DNA from: Promethearchaeota archaeon
GTDB lineage: Archaea > Asgardarchaeota > Lokiarchaeia > Sigyniarchaeales > SOKP01
Reading direction: 5' to 3'
DNA: 64,000 nt
Assembly: GCA_019057865.1 (NCBI GenBank)
Contig: JAHLWP010000001.1
Span: 64,001-128,000, forward strand
This document shows, piece after piece, positions 1 to 9,900 of this stretch. Every line of letters starts with the position of its first letter. Position 1 is the stretch's first letter. Both the position numbers and the translations under genes were made by a program. The notes beneath the pieces are model-generated. The model searched no databases, was not told where the DNA came from, and saw nothing but the letters and a program-made list of their open reading frames with translations.

Positions 1-243
1 TAAAAATTTTTTTAAATTAGTTTTTGTTTTATATACGACAAAAGAATTGAATTTTAAGATTTCTTTCGCTTCTAAATTAGATTAGTAAAAACTTAGAAAA
101 ATTGAAAAAAAAAACATTTTAAAATTTATATTTCTTAATTATGATTGAAAATTCGCTTAATGAAAACTCAATTTTTAAATTTATTAAAACTATTAATTTT
201 ATATTAAGATAGTAACAACTAAAATACCTATAATTAAAGAGAG

Positions 244-1095
244 GTGTTCGCGGCGCCAAGTTTTGGGCTAATGTTCAACGTAGAGGAGGGAGGGGTAAGC
301 ACTCCTATTGAATGGTCAAAAGAAAGTCTTACAGATGATCGTTCTGTTATAGTTTTAGACGAATCAAGTCAAGCGATTTGGTTATGGCATGGAGCAAAAC
401 AAGGATTAGTAGCACGCCGAACTGCTTTAAGACAAGCTGAATCACTTAAGGGTCATGGTTATACAATGGGAAAAATCATTCTTGGACGAGACATAAAAAA
501 TATATATGAAATCGATCAAAGGAAAATTGGTAGGGATCCAGATACAGACAAATTAAATACAGAATTTCAGAATGTATTTAATAGAAAATACAGGGAATTG
601 GATAATTTTGTTGTATCTTTTGATATGAAAGAAGTGATAATGCCTGCTCTAAAACCAGCAGTAAAAGAAGAAATTAAACCAAAAGCTGTCCCAAAACCTA
701 AACCTGAGCCTATTATCGCACCAGCAGTTTCAAAGCCCACTACTCCAGAGAGAAAAATTCAAGTGGCTTCCGAGTATGCTGCAGAAGAGGCAATGCCTTC
801 TATAAAACCAAAAGAAAAATTAGAACCTACTGAGTTAGTTTCAAAAATGCAACTTGTAACTGATGCCAAAGTCGCATTTGTAATTAGTGGAATAATTGAT
901 CATTTTGCTGATGTTTGGATTTCAAAAAAAGAGGATGGTAGTTTCGCAGTTGAGGAGATGAATGGACCTATTTGTAATTTTGCCATAAGAGAAGGAGGTA
1001 AAATTAATTTCAAGTCTGGTAGTTTTTCTGGAATTGATCTAAAAGTAAAAACCGCAATTCAAAGGAAATTTATAGAACTTACAAAACTATTATAA
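244..1095 (+). CDS. Gelsolin/villin-like domain protein with Pro/Lys-rich linker and unknown C-terminal domain
   Basis: N-terminal 'ESLTDDRSVIVLDESSQAIWLWHGAKQGLVARRTALRQAESL' matches the gelsolin-domain pattern (SL...vfiLD...i(w/y)xWxG.....r..A...A..l). Central KPKAVPKPKPEP linker. Start uncertain because the GTG lies inside a GAGGTG SD motif. Confidence 0.65.
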   Translation: MFAAPSFGLMFNVEEGGVSTPIEWSKESLTDDRSVIVLDESSQAIWLWHGAKQGLVARRTALRQAESLKGHGYTMGKIILGRDIKNIYEIDQRKIGRDPDTDKLNTEFQNVFNRKYRELDNFVVSFDMKEVIMPALKPAVKEEIKPKAVPKPKPEPIIAPAVSKPTTPERKIQVASEYAAEEAMPSIKPKEKLEPTELVSKMQLVTDAKVAFVISGIIDHFADVWISKKEDGSFAVEEMNGPICNFAIREGGKINFKSGSFSGIDLKVKTAIQRKFIELTKLL

Positions 1096-1192
1096 TTTTT
1101 TTATTATTATTTTTTTTATATAGGATTTAATACCAGTTTTTATTCTTAATTCCAATTATTTAACTATAAAATAAATCTAAAATGAATTAAAT

Positions 1193-2950
1193 ATGAAATT
1201 CAATAGGCTAGCCCAGTTATTTTCAAAATTAGAAGGTACAACAAAAAGACTTGAAATGATAGATATTCTATCAGATTTTTTCAATGAAATTAAGGAAAAG
1301 AAAGATTTTGAAGATTTAGACAAAATTATATATCTATTACAAGGACAATTGGCTCCAAATATAAAGCAGTTTCCTAAAATAGGGCTTGCAGAAAAGATGA
1401 TTAACGAAGCAGTTTCATTGCATTCAGGTATAGATAAGAAAAAAGTTAAAGAAATTTTAATTAAGAAAGGAGATGTTGGAGCTACAGCCGAATTTATTTT
1501 ATCTAAAAAGAGGACACAAAAGTCTTTATTTGATTTTGAAAGTGAAAGTACAGACTTAAAGTCTTCTTTAGAGATTTCTGAACTATATTCATCTTTAAAA
1601 AAGATTGCATTAACTGAAGGTGCCGGTTCGCATGATATAAAACTAGGAATATTAAGAGGATTAATGAGAAAATGTTCTCCATTAGAAACTAAATATTTAT
1701 TGCGAATTATCACGTCTACATTGAGAGTGGGGGTTCAATCACCTACAATAATCGAAGGTTTAGCACTTGCTTTTACAAATCTGAAAGAAAATAAAGATTT
1801 CATTGAAAGAGCTTACACATTACATCCAGATCTAGGTGAGATCTCAAAAATATTGGCAGAGAAAGGTTTAGAAGAAGTAAAAAAGATTAATATAGAATAC
1901 GGAACGCCTATTCTTAGTATGCTTGCCTCACGGGAAATCTATACTGAATTCATTAATAGATTAGGAGTCCCGTTTGTTGCTGAACACAAATTGGATGGAG
2001 AGAGACTTCAAATCCATAAAACTGGTATGAATGTAATATTATTTTCCCGACGCTTATTAGATATTTCAGAACAATATCCTGATGTCTCTGAAGTCATTAG
2101 AGAAAATATTAAAACTGAAAATGTAATAATCGAAGGAGAAGTTGTAGCAATGGATATTTTTTATGAAAAAATGCTCCCTTTTCAAGTTTTAAGCCAAAGA
2201 AGACGAAAGTATGATATTGAAAATATCGCTAAAGAAGTTCCAGTATGTTTATTTATATTTGATCTTTTAAAATTTGGTGATGAATCATATGTTGATAAAC
2301 CTCTTCCAGAACGTAGGAAAAAACTTGAAGAAATTGTTGAAGAAAGAGATGAATTAAGGCTAGTTGAATCTATACTGATAAATTCAACTGATGAATTACT
2401 CGAATTCTTTAATAAAGCTAGAGAAGAAGGAACAGAAGGAATAATGGCAAAATCAATTAAGGAAGATTCCATTTATCAAGCAGGAAATCGTGGTTATAAA
2501 TGGCTTAAGTTAAAAAGTTTAGAAGGAGGGAAATTAAAAGATACTATTGATCTAGTCCTAATTGGTGCTTTTTATGGTAAGGGTCGAAGAACAGGGGTAT
2601 ATGGAACTTATATTGGTGCAGTTTATAACCCTGAGCATGATACTTTTATAGCTTTTACTCGTTTCTTTTCAGGAATAACTGATGAGTTATCTAAATTTTT
2701 AACAAGAGATATGGAAAAATACAAGGTTGAAAAAAAACCAAAAAATGTCATTTGTGAAGATAAACCTGATGTATGGTTAAAACCAGAAGTAGTAATGGAG
2801 ATAACTGGTGATGAGATAACGATTAGTGATAAATTTGCTACTTTAGGGTATTCTATGAGATTTCCAGTTTTTGAAAGAATGCGTCCTGAGAAAGGTCCAA
2901 AAGATATAACTACCGTGAATGAGATCAAAGAATTATATGAAACGCAATAA
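1193..2950 (+). CDS. lig: ATP-dependent DNA ligase
   Basis: Motif I EHKLDGER, IIEGEVV, LFIFDLL, EGIMAK, WLKLK, MRFPVF; N-terminal DNA-binding domain. Confidence 0.97.
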   Translation: MKFNRLAQLFSKLEGTTKRLEMIDILSDFFNEIKEKKDFEDLDKIIYLLQGQLAPNIKQFPKIGLAEKMINEAVSLHSGIDKKKVKEILIKKGDVGATAEFILSKKRTQKSLFDFESESTDLKSSLEISELYSSLKKIALTEGAGSHDIKLGILRGLMRKCSPLETKYLLRIITSTLRVGVQSPTIIEGLALAFTNLKENKDFIERAYTLHPDLGEISKILAEKGLEEVKKINIEYGTPILSMLASREIYTEFINRLGVPFVAEHKLDGERLQIHKTGMNVILFSRRLLDISEQYPDVSEVIRENIKTENVIIEGEVVAMDIFYEKMLPFQVLSQRRRKYDIENIAKEVPVCLFIFDLLKFGDESYVDKPLPERRKKLEEIVEERDELRLVESILINSTDELLEFFNKAREEGTEGIMAKSIKEDSIYQAGNRGYKWLKLKSLEGGKLKDTIDLVLIGAFYGKGRRTGVYGTYIGAVYNPEHDTFIAFTRFFSGITDELSKFLTRDMEKYKVEKKPKNVICEDKPDVWLKPEVVMEITGDEITISDKFATLGYSMRFPVFERMRPEKGPKDITTVNEIKELYETQ

Positions 2951-2975
2951 TTTCATTATCATAATATTGAAATTT

Positions 2976-4322
2976 TTAAAAATAGATTTTAGCCCCTTTT
3001 TCTTCAAGTTTATTTAATAATATTAAGGATTTAGTTAGATTATTTTCTGATAAATACAATTCTTTTAATTTAGTGAGATATTTAAGTGATTCTGGTAAAT
3101 TATTCAATCTATTTCTAGATAAATATAAATATTGTAGAGAAGTGAGATTTCCAATTTTATCTGGAATGCTATTTAATTTATTATCACTTAAGTTCAATAC
3201 TTTTAAAGATTTTAGGGAAGTAATTTCCTCAGGAATAGCTGTTAATTCATTTTTTTCTAAATCTAATACCTTAAGAGCAGTAAGTTTTCCTATTGAACTT
3301 GGAAGGTCTCTTATTTCATTCCAACTTAAGTTAAGGTCCTCTAATGATTTGAGACAACTTAATGTTTCTGGAAGATAATGCAATTTATTATCATGTAAAT
3401 TAAATTTTCTAAGTGAAGATAGATTACCAATAGTATCTGGCAATGCTTCTATCTGATTAAGTCTTAAGTTTATTCTTTCTAATTTAGAGAGAGAACCAAT
3501 ATTTTTAGGGAGCGTCCTAAGTTCATTTTTCCAGAGTAAAAACTCCTTTAGAGAAATAAGTGATCCTATTGCTTCTGGTAACATTTTAATATTATTTACA
3601 TTTAGATTTAAACTTTCAAGTGAAGTTAAATTACCAATCCATTCTGGAAGAGCTGTTAATTGATTATATCTAAAGATTAAGGTTTTTAATGATGAAAGAT
3701 ATTTAATAGGTTCTGGAATTTCAGTTAAACCTTTAAAAATGAAATCAAGTTCGATAAATTTACAATTTTCTATTTTAAATTTAAGCCGCCAGTAGGTTTT
3801 TTTTAATAATGACAATGTAAAATAGTTGATTAAAATTTCAGCTAACTCTTTACTAGTGAAATTTTCTATTGAGTTTACTTTAGATAATTGTTCAAGGCTA
3901 ATTCTAAATTCTCTTTCTCTAATTTTTTTAACTTCACTAAGTAATATTTGCTGATTATTTTCTACCATATTTTTTATGATTTTTATTAGAGTTGTATGGA
4001 TTATGTTTAAACAAGAAGGGGATTCTTCATGAATGAGTGCCCATTTCATTGGTTCTAATGCTCTATCGATATATAGATTTTTCAATATCAATGCAGCTGA
4101 ATTTCGTACTTTTTCGCTAGAATCAGAAATTAATAAATTTTCTAAGAATCTAAAAGATTTGTTATCATCAATTTTAATTTTTTCGAGCCCTTGTATACTC
4201 TCAACTCTTAATTTATCACTTTCACTGTTGTCTATTAAAGAAATTAATAATTTGGCAGCAGAGTGCTTATCTAAATTATTTTTTAGATATTCTTTGTGAA
4301 TTTTTGAGGGAGTTAATTCCAT
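2976..4322 (-). CDS. HEAT-repeat + leucine-rich repeat protein
   Basis: N-terminal 'FLENLLISDSSEKVRNSAA' HEAT-like repeat followed by ~11 23-aa LRRs (LxxLxLxxNxLxxLPxxIGxL). Confidence 0.9.
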   Translation of the reverse strand: MELTPSKIHKEYLKNNLDKHSAAKLLISLIDNSESDKLRVESIQGLEKIKIDDNKSFRFLENLLISDSSEKVRNSAALILKNLYIDRALEPMKWALIHEESPSCLNIIHTTLIKIIKNMVENNQQILLSEVKKIREREFRISLEQLSKVNSIENFTSKELAEILINYFTLSLLKKTYWRLKFKIENCKFIELDFIFKGLTEIPEPIKYLSSLKTLIFRYNQLTALPEWIGNLTSLESLNLNVNNIKMLPEAIGSLISLKEFLLWKNELRTLPKNIGSLSKLERINLRLNQIEALPDTIGNLSSLRKFNLHDNKLHYLPETLSCLKSLEDLNLSWNEIRDLPSSIGKLTALKVLDLEKNELTAIPEEITSLKSLKVLNLSDNKLNSIPDKIGNLTSLQYLYLSRNRLNNLPESLKYLTKLKELYLSENNLTKSLILLNKLEEKGAKIYF

Positions 4323-4394
4323 TTTGAATTGAAAAATGAATAATTTTTTTTTATAAAATCATTTTAAGTATACTTAGAACTTTATCTATATACC

Positions 4395-6296
4395 TCAGAG
4401 ATACATCTCTAAAGACAGTTCTTTAATTTTTTCTTGCATAGGGATTCCTCTTATTTTATCCCATCCACGCTCATCATAGTAATCATCAAGTAATTGATTT
4501 GCAACTTCAGGTGTTATTATTGTTTCACCAAAAAAATCTTGGAATTTAAGGATATTTTCTCCAAATTTTAAAGGTTTAAACCATTCTTCTGGGAATTTAT
4601 CATCTTTTCGTGAAAATCCTTCTTTAATATTCATAATTTTTAATAAATTCCATGTTCTTTCAGCAGCTATTCTCAAATCATCTAATTGCATATTAAATCC
4701 AGTTACTGCATTATAAATATCGGTAACTAATTCTAAACCATAAAATCGATTCATCTGGGCTCTTGCACATAATCCTAAAGAGGTTAATACCGTGTACCAA
4801 TCTTCGGAATATCTTGTTAATCTTCCTACATTTACCACCATTTTTTTTAAGGGAGGAGTAAATAACCTTCCTATAGCAGAGTTAGGAACTCCCATTCGAT
4901 CAAAATGCATTTTAAATTTTCCTATTGACCCTCCAGCACCAAGATAGGTTGGAGAGCCCCCAGATGCAACATGAGCTCCTTTAGGGTTCACAACTTGTTC
5001 AAATTCCATAGTTCCAAGACGTAAAAGGCGAGGTTCGAAAATAATATCCAAGCCTTTTACAGTTAACATTTCGTTTTCAACTGATTTATATGTTTCAGCT
5101 AATCTTTTCCACCCATCAGCTAAGATATTTCCAAATCCTTTTCTATATACTATCATTTCTATTAATTGAACTAACGTTCGGTAATCGCTTTTCCACTCTA
5201 TTCCCGTATTCTCTTTTGTTAATATTCCTTTCTCATATAAATGAGTGCAAAACTTTAAGAGAGAGGTTATTGTTAATGAGTCTAATCCATATCTACTCAC
5301 TAAATCAAATGACTTTATAGCTTCATCATAAGTATTTAAATCATCAAGTGTGAACATTAAAAAAGGATTAATAACTGATGACGTATAATTTATCAAACCT
5401 TTAAAATTGCCTTCTTGGAGTTCAAGAATATCTTTATCACCCATAGGACATGAAGGGCATGCTATACGACGTTTCTTTAATTTTTTAAGATAAATTCTCT
5501 CACTACATTGTCTTGCCTTTTTATGCTGCCCTGAAGCCTTTAAGATCATTCCAACGGGCAAACTTCTTAACATTCCTAATTCATGCCATGATTCTCTTTG
5601 AGGATATTTCCTAATTCGTTCAAAAAGTTTTCTATATAATTGATTAAATTCTTTAGGATTTGCTATAGAAATCCCCCTACTTCCCTTCGTAACTATTGCT
5701 TTTAAATTTTTAGAACCCATAACTGCTCCAAGACCACCTCTACCAAAAGTAGATGTTTTATCAATTAAAGCCAAAGAACCATAAACTAAATTTTCACCTG
5801 CTTGGCCAATTGCTATAACTCCAGATTCAGAGTACTTCTTTTGCAAAAAATTAGTAGATTCTACGATATCTTTTCCCCAAATGTCACTCGCATCAATAAG
5901 TTCTATATGTTCGTTTAATATCACTAAATATACAAGGTCTTCAGCTTTACCAGAGATAATTATATGATCAAATCCAGAATGTTTTAAATTAAATCCAAAA
6001 CTCATACTTCCGCATGAATAGGCGATTGCCCCTGTTGTTGGGAACTTAGTTGAAGCAACTGTTCTGGAGGCACCTGGAGTGATTGTCCCAACTAAGGGAC
6101 CTGCTCCAATTATTATTACATTTTCAGACGATAATGGATCAATTTTGGGTTTAATTAAATCAGCTACGAGTTTAGTATTTATTCCAAGTCCTCCAATAAA
6201 TTGTTTAATATCATCAACATTTTGTTTAATAATAGATATTTTATCTACAGTTAAATCTATCTTAAGAATATTACCAGTATACCCTTTCCAGTCCAT
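4395..6296 (-). CDS. Tungsten aldehyde:ferredoxin oxidoreductase (AOR) family protein, divergent
   Basis: GYTGNILKIDL, IGQAGENLV, GRGGLGAVMGSKNLKAI, YYDERGWD; Fe-S motif altered (CPSCPMGD). Confidence 0.9.
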   Translation of the reverse strand: MDWKGYTGNILKIDLTVDKISIIKQNVDDIKQFIGGLGINTKLVADLIKPKIDPLSSENVIIIGAGPLVGTITPGASRTVASTKFPTTGAIAYSCGSMSFGFNLKHSGFDHIIISGKAEDLVYLVILNEHIELIDASDIWGKDIVESTNFLQKKYSESGVIAIGQAGENLVYGSLALIDKTSTFGRGGLGAVMGSKNLKAIVTKGSRGISIANPKEFNQLYRKLFERIRKYPQRESWHELGMLRSLPVGMILKASGQHKKARQCSERIYLKKLKKRRIACPSCPMGDKDILELQEGNFKGLINYTSSVINPFLMFTLDDLNTYDEAIKSFDLVSRYGLDSLTITSLLKFCTHLYEKGILTKENTGIEWKSDYRTLVQLIEMIVYRKGFGNILADGWKRLAETYKSVENEMLTVKGLDIIFEPRLLRLGTMEFEQVVNPKGAHVASGGSPTYLGAGGSIGKFKMHFDRMGVPNSAIGRLFTPPLKKMVVNVGRLTRYSEDWYTVLTSLGLCARAQMNRFYGLELVTDIYNAVTGFNMQLDDLRIAAERTWNLLKIMNIKEGFSRKDDKFPEEWFKPLKFGENILKFQDFFGETIITPEVANQLLDDYYDERGWDKIRGIPMQEKIKELSLEMYL

Positions 6297-6541
6297 TAAT
6301 CAACAACCTCCTTATATTCCAATGCACCATAAAGACAATGTTGAGCACACTGCCCACAGTGAAGGCAACTTTCTAAAAAAGAAATTTTTGGAGATAATCC
6401 ATATTTATTTTCAATTATTATATTTGCTTCATAAGGATTAAATTGCTTTTTATTTATATAAGAGCACCATAATTGGCAAATAATACAATCTGTACACCTA
6501 TCCTCATTTACTATAATCTCAACATATTTTTTTTTTACCAA
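6296..6541 (-). CDS. 2x[4Fe-4S] ferredoxin-like partner of the AOR
   Basis: CTDCIICQLWC and CLHCGQCAQHC; stop overlaps the AOR start. Confidence 0.85.
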   Translation of the reverse strand: MVKKKYVEIIVNEDRCTDCIICQLWCSYINKKQFNPYEANIIIENKYGLSPKISFLESCLHCGQCAQHCLYGALEYKEVVD

Positions 6542-6666
6542 GATGATTCAAATCTTAAAAGGTATTAAGGATTTTATATATTAATTGAAAAAATTGAAAT
6601 AATGAATTATAATTAAATTTTTATGCTTATAAAATTTTATTTTAGCCAATATTTAAGTAAATTAAA

Positions 6667-8157
6667 TTAAATTTTGATTATTAGCCCCCTTTTTCTCTCT
6701 AATCGTCTCAGTGGCTCTGGAATATTTTTAATTTTATTAAAATTTAAATCTAATATTCTAAGTGAAGGGAGTAAGGCAATTGATTCAGTTAATTGTTCAA
6801 GTTGATTTCCCCATAGATTTAATTCTTCTAATGAGGATAATTCTCCAATCCATTCAGGAAGAAAAGTGAAATTGTTCCAACTTAAATTAAGTTTTTTAAG
6901 AGTTTTTAAATTCTGAAATGATTCTGGCAAGCTAGAGAGTTGATTATTCCGTAAAATCAAATTTTCTAATGAAGTCAAGTTCCCTATCGAATCTGGTAGT
7001 TTAGTAATATCATTATCATATAAATGTAAGCTTTTCAGAGATTGAAATGAAGAAATCCAATTAGGAAGTTTCTTTATATTATTTCCACTCATACCTAATT
7101 TTTCTAATAAAGCAAGAGCTTTTATGCTGGTTGGAATTTCAAAAAAGTTATTCCAACCTAAATCAAGTTCGTTAATTGAATCGTTCAACCTAAATTCAAT
7201 TGAATTTAATTTATTTCCATGTAGATCTAAATTCTTAAGTGTTTTAAGAGATGTTATTGATTTAGGGATTTCATTCAGCATATTATTTCTCAAATTTAAT
7301 GTTTGGAGTAGTGATAAATTACATAAAGAATCAGGAAGAAGCCTTAATCTATTTGATTTTAAATTTAATTTTTTTAAGGATTTTAATTTGTTTATAGATT
7401 CTGGAAGTCTAATTAATTTATTATAACTTAAATCTAAAGATATAATTGAATCTGATTCATTTGAGATTTCTGATAGTTTTATTAAATGATTAAACCTTAG
7501 ATCAAGAACCTTAAGTTGCTTAAGAGAAAGTATAGAGTCAAAAAAATTTGTTAAAAAAATACCTTGTGGATCCACATTAGTTAAATCTAATTTAGTAATA
7601 TACCCCAAATTGTTAAATTCAAACTTTATATAACCAAACTTAATTTTTAAAAATGAGATGAAGTAATAATTAATTAATAGTTCTGCAAGATCTTTATGAG
7701 AAAAACTCTCAATCTTTTTTCTTTCAAAAACATCTTTTAAATTATATTTATATTTTTGATTATACAGGTTGTGTAATTTCTCAACTAAAATTGATTTAGA
7801 TTTCTTGTTATTAATTTCAGATAAAGTAGAAATTATTGTTATTAGACACATTAATGATGTTTCATTTTCAAGAGCCCATTTCATCGGTTCTAATGCTCTT
7901 TCTAGAAAAAGAGTTTTTATCAGAGATGCCGCTAAATTTCTTATATTTTCATTTGAATCAGAAATTAACAGATTCTCCAAAAGTTTATAAACTTTATCAT
8001 CCTTCGCCTGAATTTTTTCTAAAATCTTAATGCTCTCTAATCTGGTATCAACATTATCCGTATTATCAATTAAGGTAATTAATATTTCAAGTGCTGAATT
8101 ATAATCTAAATCTTTATTCTTTAAATCCTCATATATTGCTTTTGGAGTTAAAGGCAT
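6667..8157 (-). CDS. HEAT-repeat + leucine-rich repeat protein (paralog of 2976-4322)
   Basis: Shared N-terminus (LENLLISDS..., RALEPMKWAL) and ~13 LRRs. Confidence 0.9.
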   Translation of the reverse strand: MPLTPKAIYEDLKNKDLDYNSALEILITLIDNTDNVDTRLESIKILEKIQAKDDKVYKLLENLLISDSNENIRNLAASLIKTLFLERALEPMKWALENETSLMCLITIISTLSEINNKKSKSILVEKLHNLYNQKYKYNLKDVFERKKIESFSHKDLAELLINYYFISFLKIKFGYIKFEFNNLGYITKLDLTNVDPQGIFLTNFFDSILSLKQLKVLDLRFNHLIKLSEISNESDSIISLDLSYNKLIRLPESINKLKSLKKLNLKSNRLRLLPDSLCNLSLLQTLNLRNNMLNEIPKSITSLKTLKNLDLHGNKLNSIEFRLNDSINELDLGWNNFFEIPTSIKALALLEKLGMSGNNIKKLPNWISSFQSLKSLHLYDNDITKLPDSIGNLTSLENLILRNNQLSSLPESFQNLKTLKKLNLSWNNFTFLPEWIGELSSLEELNLWGNQLEQLTESIALLPSLRILDLNFNKIKNIPEPLRRLERKRGLIIKI

Positions 8158-8205
8158 TTTTTCTAATTTGTAGGTTAGACTAAATTCAAAAATGTAATAA
8201 GAAAA

Positions 8206-9744
8206 TTAAATTCTTTCAATCATCATTCCACCTAATACTATTGGACCACCAGTAGAATTATAAATTTTTTCTGCTCTTTTTAATTTAGATTGATTTTCTG
8301 AATAAATCCTAAAGACTAAATCACCATCTTTTATTCTTGCACCTTGTTTTTTTATAACTTCTATTCCAGAACTTTTTGAAAAGGGACACCCTGCAGCCTT
8401 AGCAATCTGATTAATTAATGCATTATTTATACCAGTTATATGTCCTCCCTTAGTGGCATGAAACTCCTTTATATACGGACCTAACTTGATTTCTTCAGGT
8501 TTTATATTAGGGTCCCCTCCTTGAACTCCTATAATTTTTTTCATTGTATCATAAGCCTTACCAGATTGTAATATTTCTTTAGCCAATTTTTGTCCTATTC
8601 CCTTTTGAGCTTTACCCCCCATTTCAAGAAGAATTCCTGCTAAATCAGTTGCTTTTTCTATTAAAGAATTAGGTCCGGCGGAATAGTCCATTAACAGTGT
8701 AAGCGCCTCCTTAGCTTCTAATGCAGGTCCAACAGCATGGCCAATTGGTTGATGAGCTAGAGTTAACGCGCATTCTGCTTCTACCCCAACATTCTTAGCT
8801 ATTTCTTTGAAAATATAAGCGAAATTTTTTCCGTCATTTGGGGTAGGAAATTTAGTCCCTGGACCAACAGGGATATCTAAAACTAATTTTTTTACTCCCA
8901 TACTTATTTTTTTAGCAAGAATAGATGGAATCATTAAACCTACAGGATCCATATGCAGGGGTCGTTCAATTTCTATTAAGATATTATCTGCAGGAGCTAT
9001 ATCGAGGGCTCCTCCCCAGACTACACAGGCTTTTTCTTCAGATATAATTTTCTTTACTTCTTCTGAATCAAAGATAACCGGGGCTAAAACTTCCATTGAA
9101 TCTGCAGTTCCAGATGGTGATGTTATTGCTCTTGTAGATGTTTTAGGGATTATTAAACCCGCAGTTGCCACTACTGGTACTATAATAAGAGACACTTTAT
9201 TACCTGGAACCCCTCCTGTTGAATGCTTGTCATATACATCTGGACCAAAATCAAATGTTTCTCCACTTCTTGCTTCTGCTAGGGTAAGAGCGGTCATTTC
9301 TTCGTTATCCATCCCCAGAATATTTACACTTGTTATAAAAGCTGCTAGATCAATTCGAGAAAGAAGTCCAGTAGCTGCATCACTAATAATCTTGTTGAGT
9401 TCTTCACTATTTAGTTTATTACCTTTAATTTTCTTTTGAATAAACCTAAAGGAATCTGGTAATTCTGCAGGTTTTATCGATAATACCATATTATCTTTAA
9501 TCTCTCTTTTCTCTTTTAAAATATCCAATGAAATACCAATCTCTCCTGGACTCACAATGGAATTGGAATAATCTATTTGCAGTATACCAATCCAGTATCT
9601 TTCTTCTAATGATTTTGATCCTATATTTTTAACTATTAGGCGATCTCCGGCTTTTTGCCCAAGAACTTGAGCATCCTTTACATTAATAATAATATCCTTC
9701 TTATTTCCTGTTTCATAATTGATTTTTTTTACCTTTAGCTTCAT
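8206..9744 (-). CDS. deoA: AMP phosphorylase (archaeal thymidine phosphorylase family)
   Basis: DKHSTGGVPGNK, PKTSTRAITSPSGTAD, QPIGHAVGPALEA, plus the N-terminal extension typical of AMP phosphorylases. Confidence 0.9.
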   Translation of the reverse strand: MKLKVKKINYETGNKKDIIINVKDAQVLGQKAGDRLIVKNIGSKSLEERYWIGILQIDYSNSIVSPGEIGISLDILKEKREIKDNMVLSIKPAELPDSFRFIQKKIKGNKLNSEELNKIISDAATGLLSRIDLAAFITSVNILGMDNEEMTALTLAEARSGETFDFGPDVYDKHSTGGVPGNKVSLIIVPVVATAGLIIPKTSTRAITSPSGTADSMEVLAPVIFDSEEVKKIISEEKACVVWGGALDIAPADNILIEIERPLHMDPVGLMIPSILAKKISMGVKKLVLDIPVGPGTKFPTPNDGKNFAYIFKEIAKNVGVEAECALTLAHQPIGHAVGPALEAKEALTLLMDYSAGPNSLIEKATDLAGILLEMGGKAQKGIGQKLAKEILQSGKAYDTMKKIIGVQGGDPNIKPEEIKLGPYIKEFHATKGGHITGINNALINQIAKAAGCPFSKSSGIEVIKKQGARIKDGDLVFRIYSENQSKLKRAEKIYNSTGGPIVLGGMMIERI

Positions 9745-9900
9745 AATTTTAAATTTTATTTAATTATGTATTATTTAGAAAATTTAACTAAATAAATTTA
9801 TTTATGAGCTTAGTATTTCTATTGCCTATTTTATTATATTAGAGGTTAGAAGGTTTTAATTCAAGAAAAAATGAATAATTAAAAATAAAAAAAAAGGTAA

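Noticed and set aside
1177-1713. This and the many other antisense or overlapping short ORFs in the track (e.g. 2182, 3073, 14287, 24160, 24427, 40903, 44464)
   Set aside because: They are shadows of well-supported genes or SECIS regions on the opposite strand and carry no motifs.
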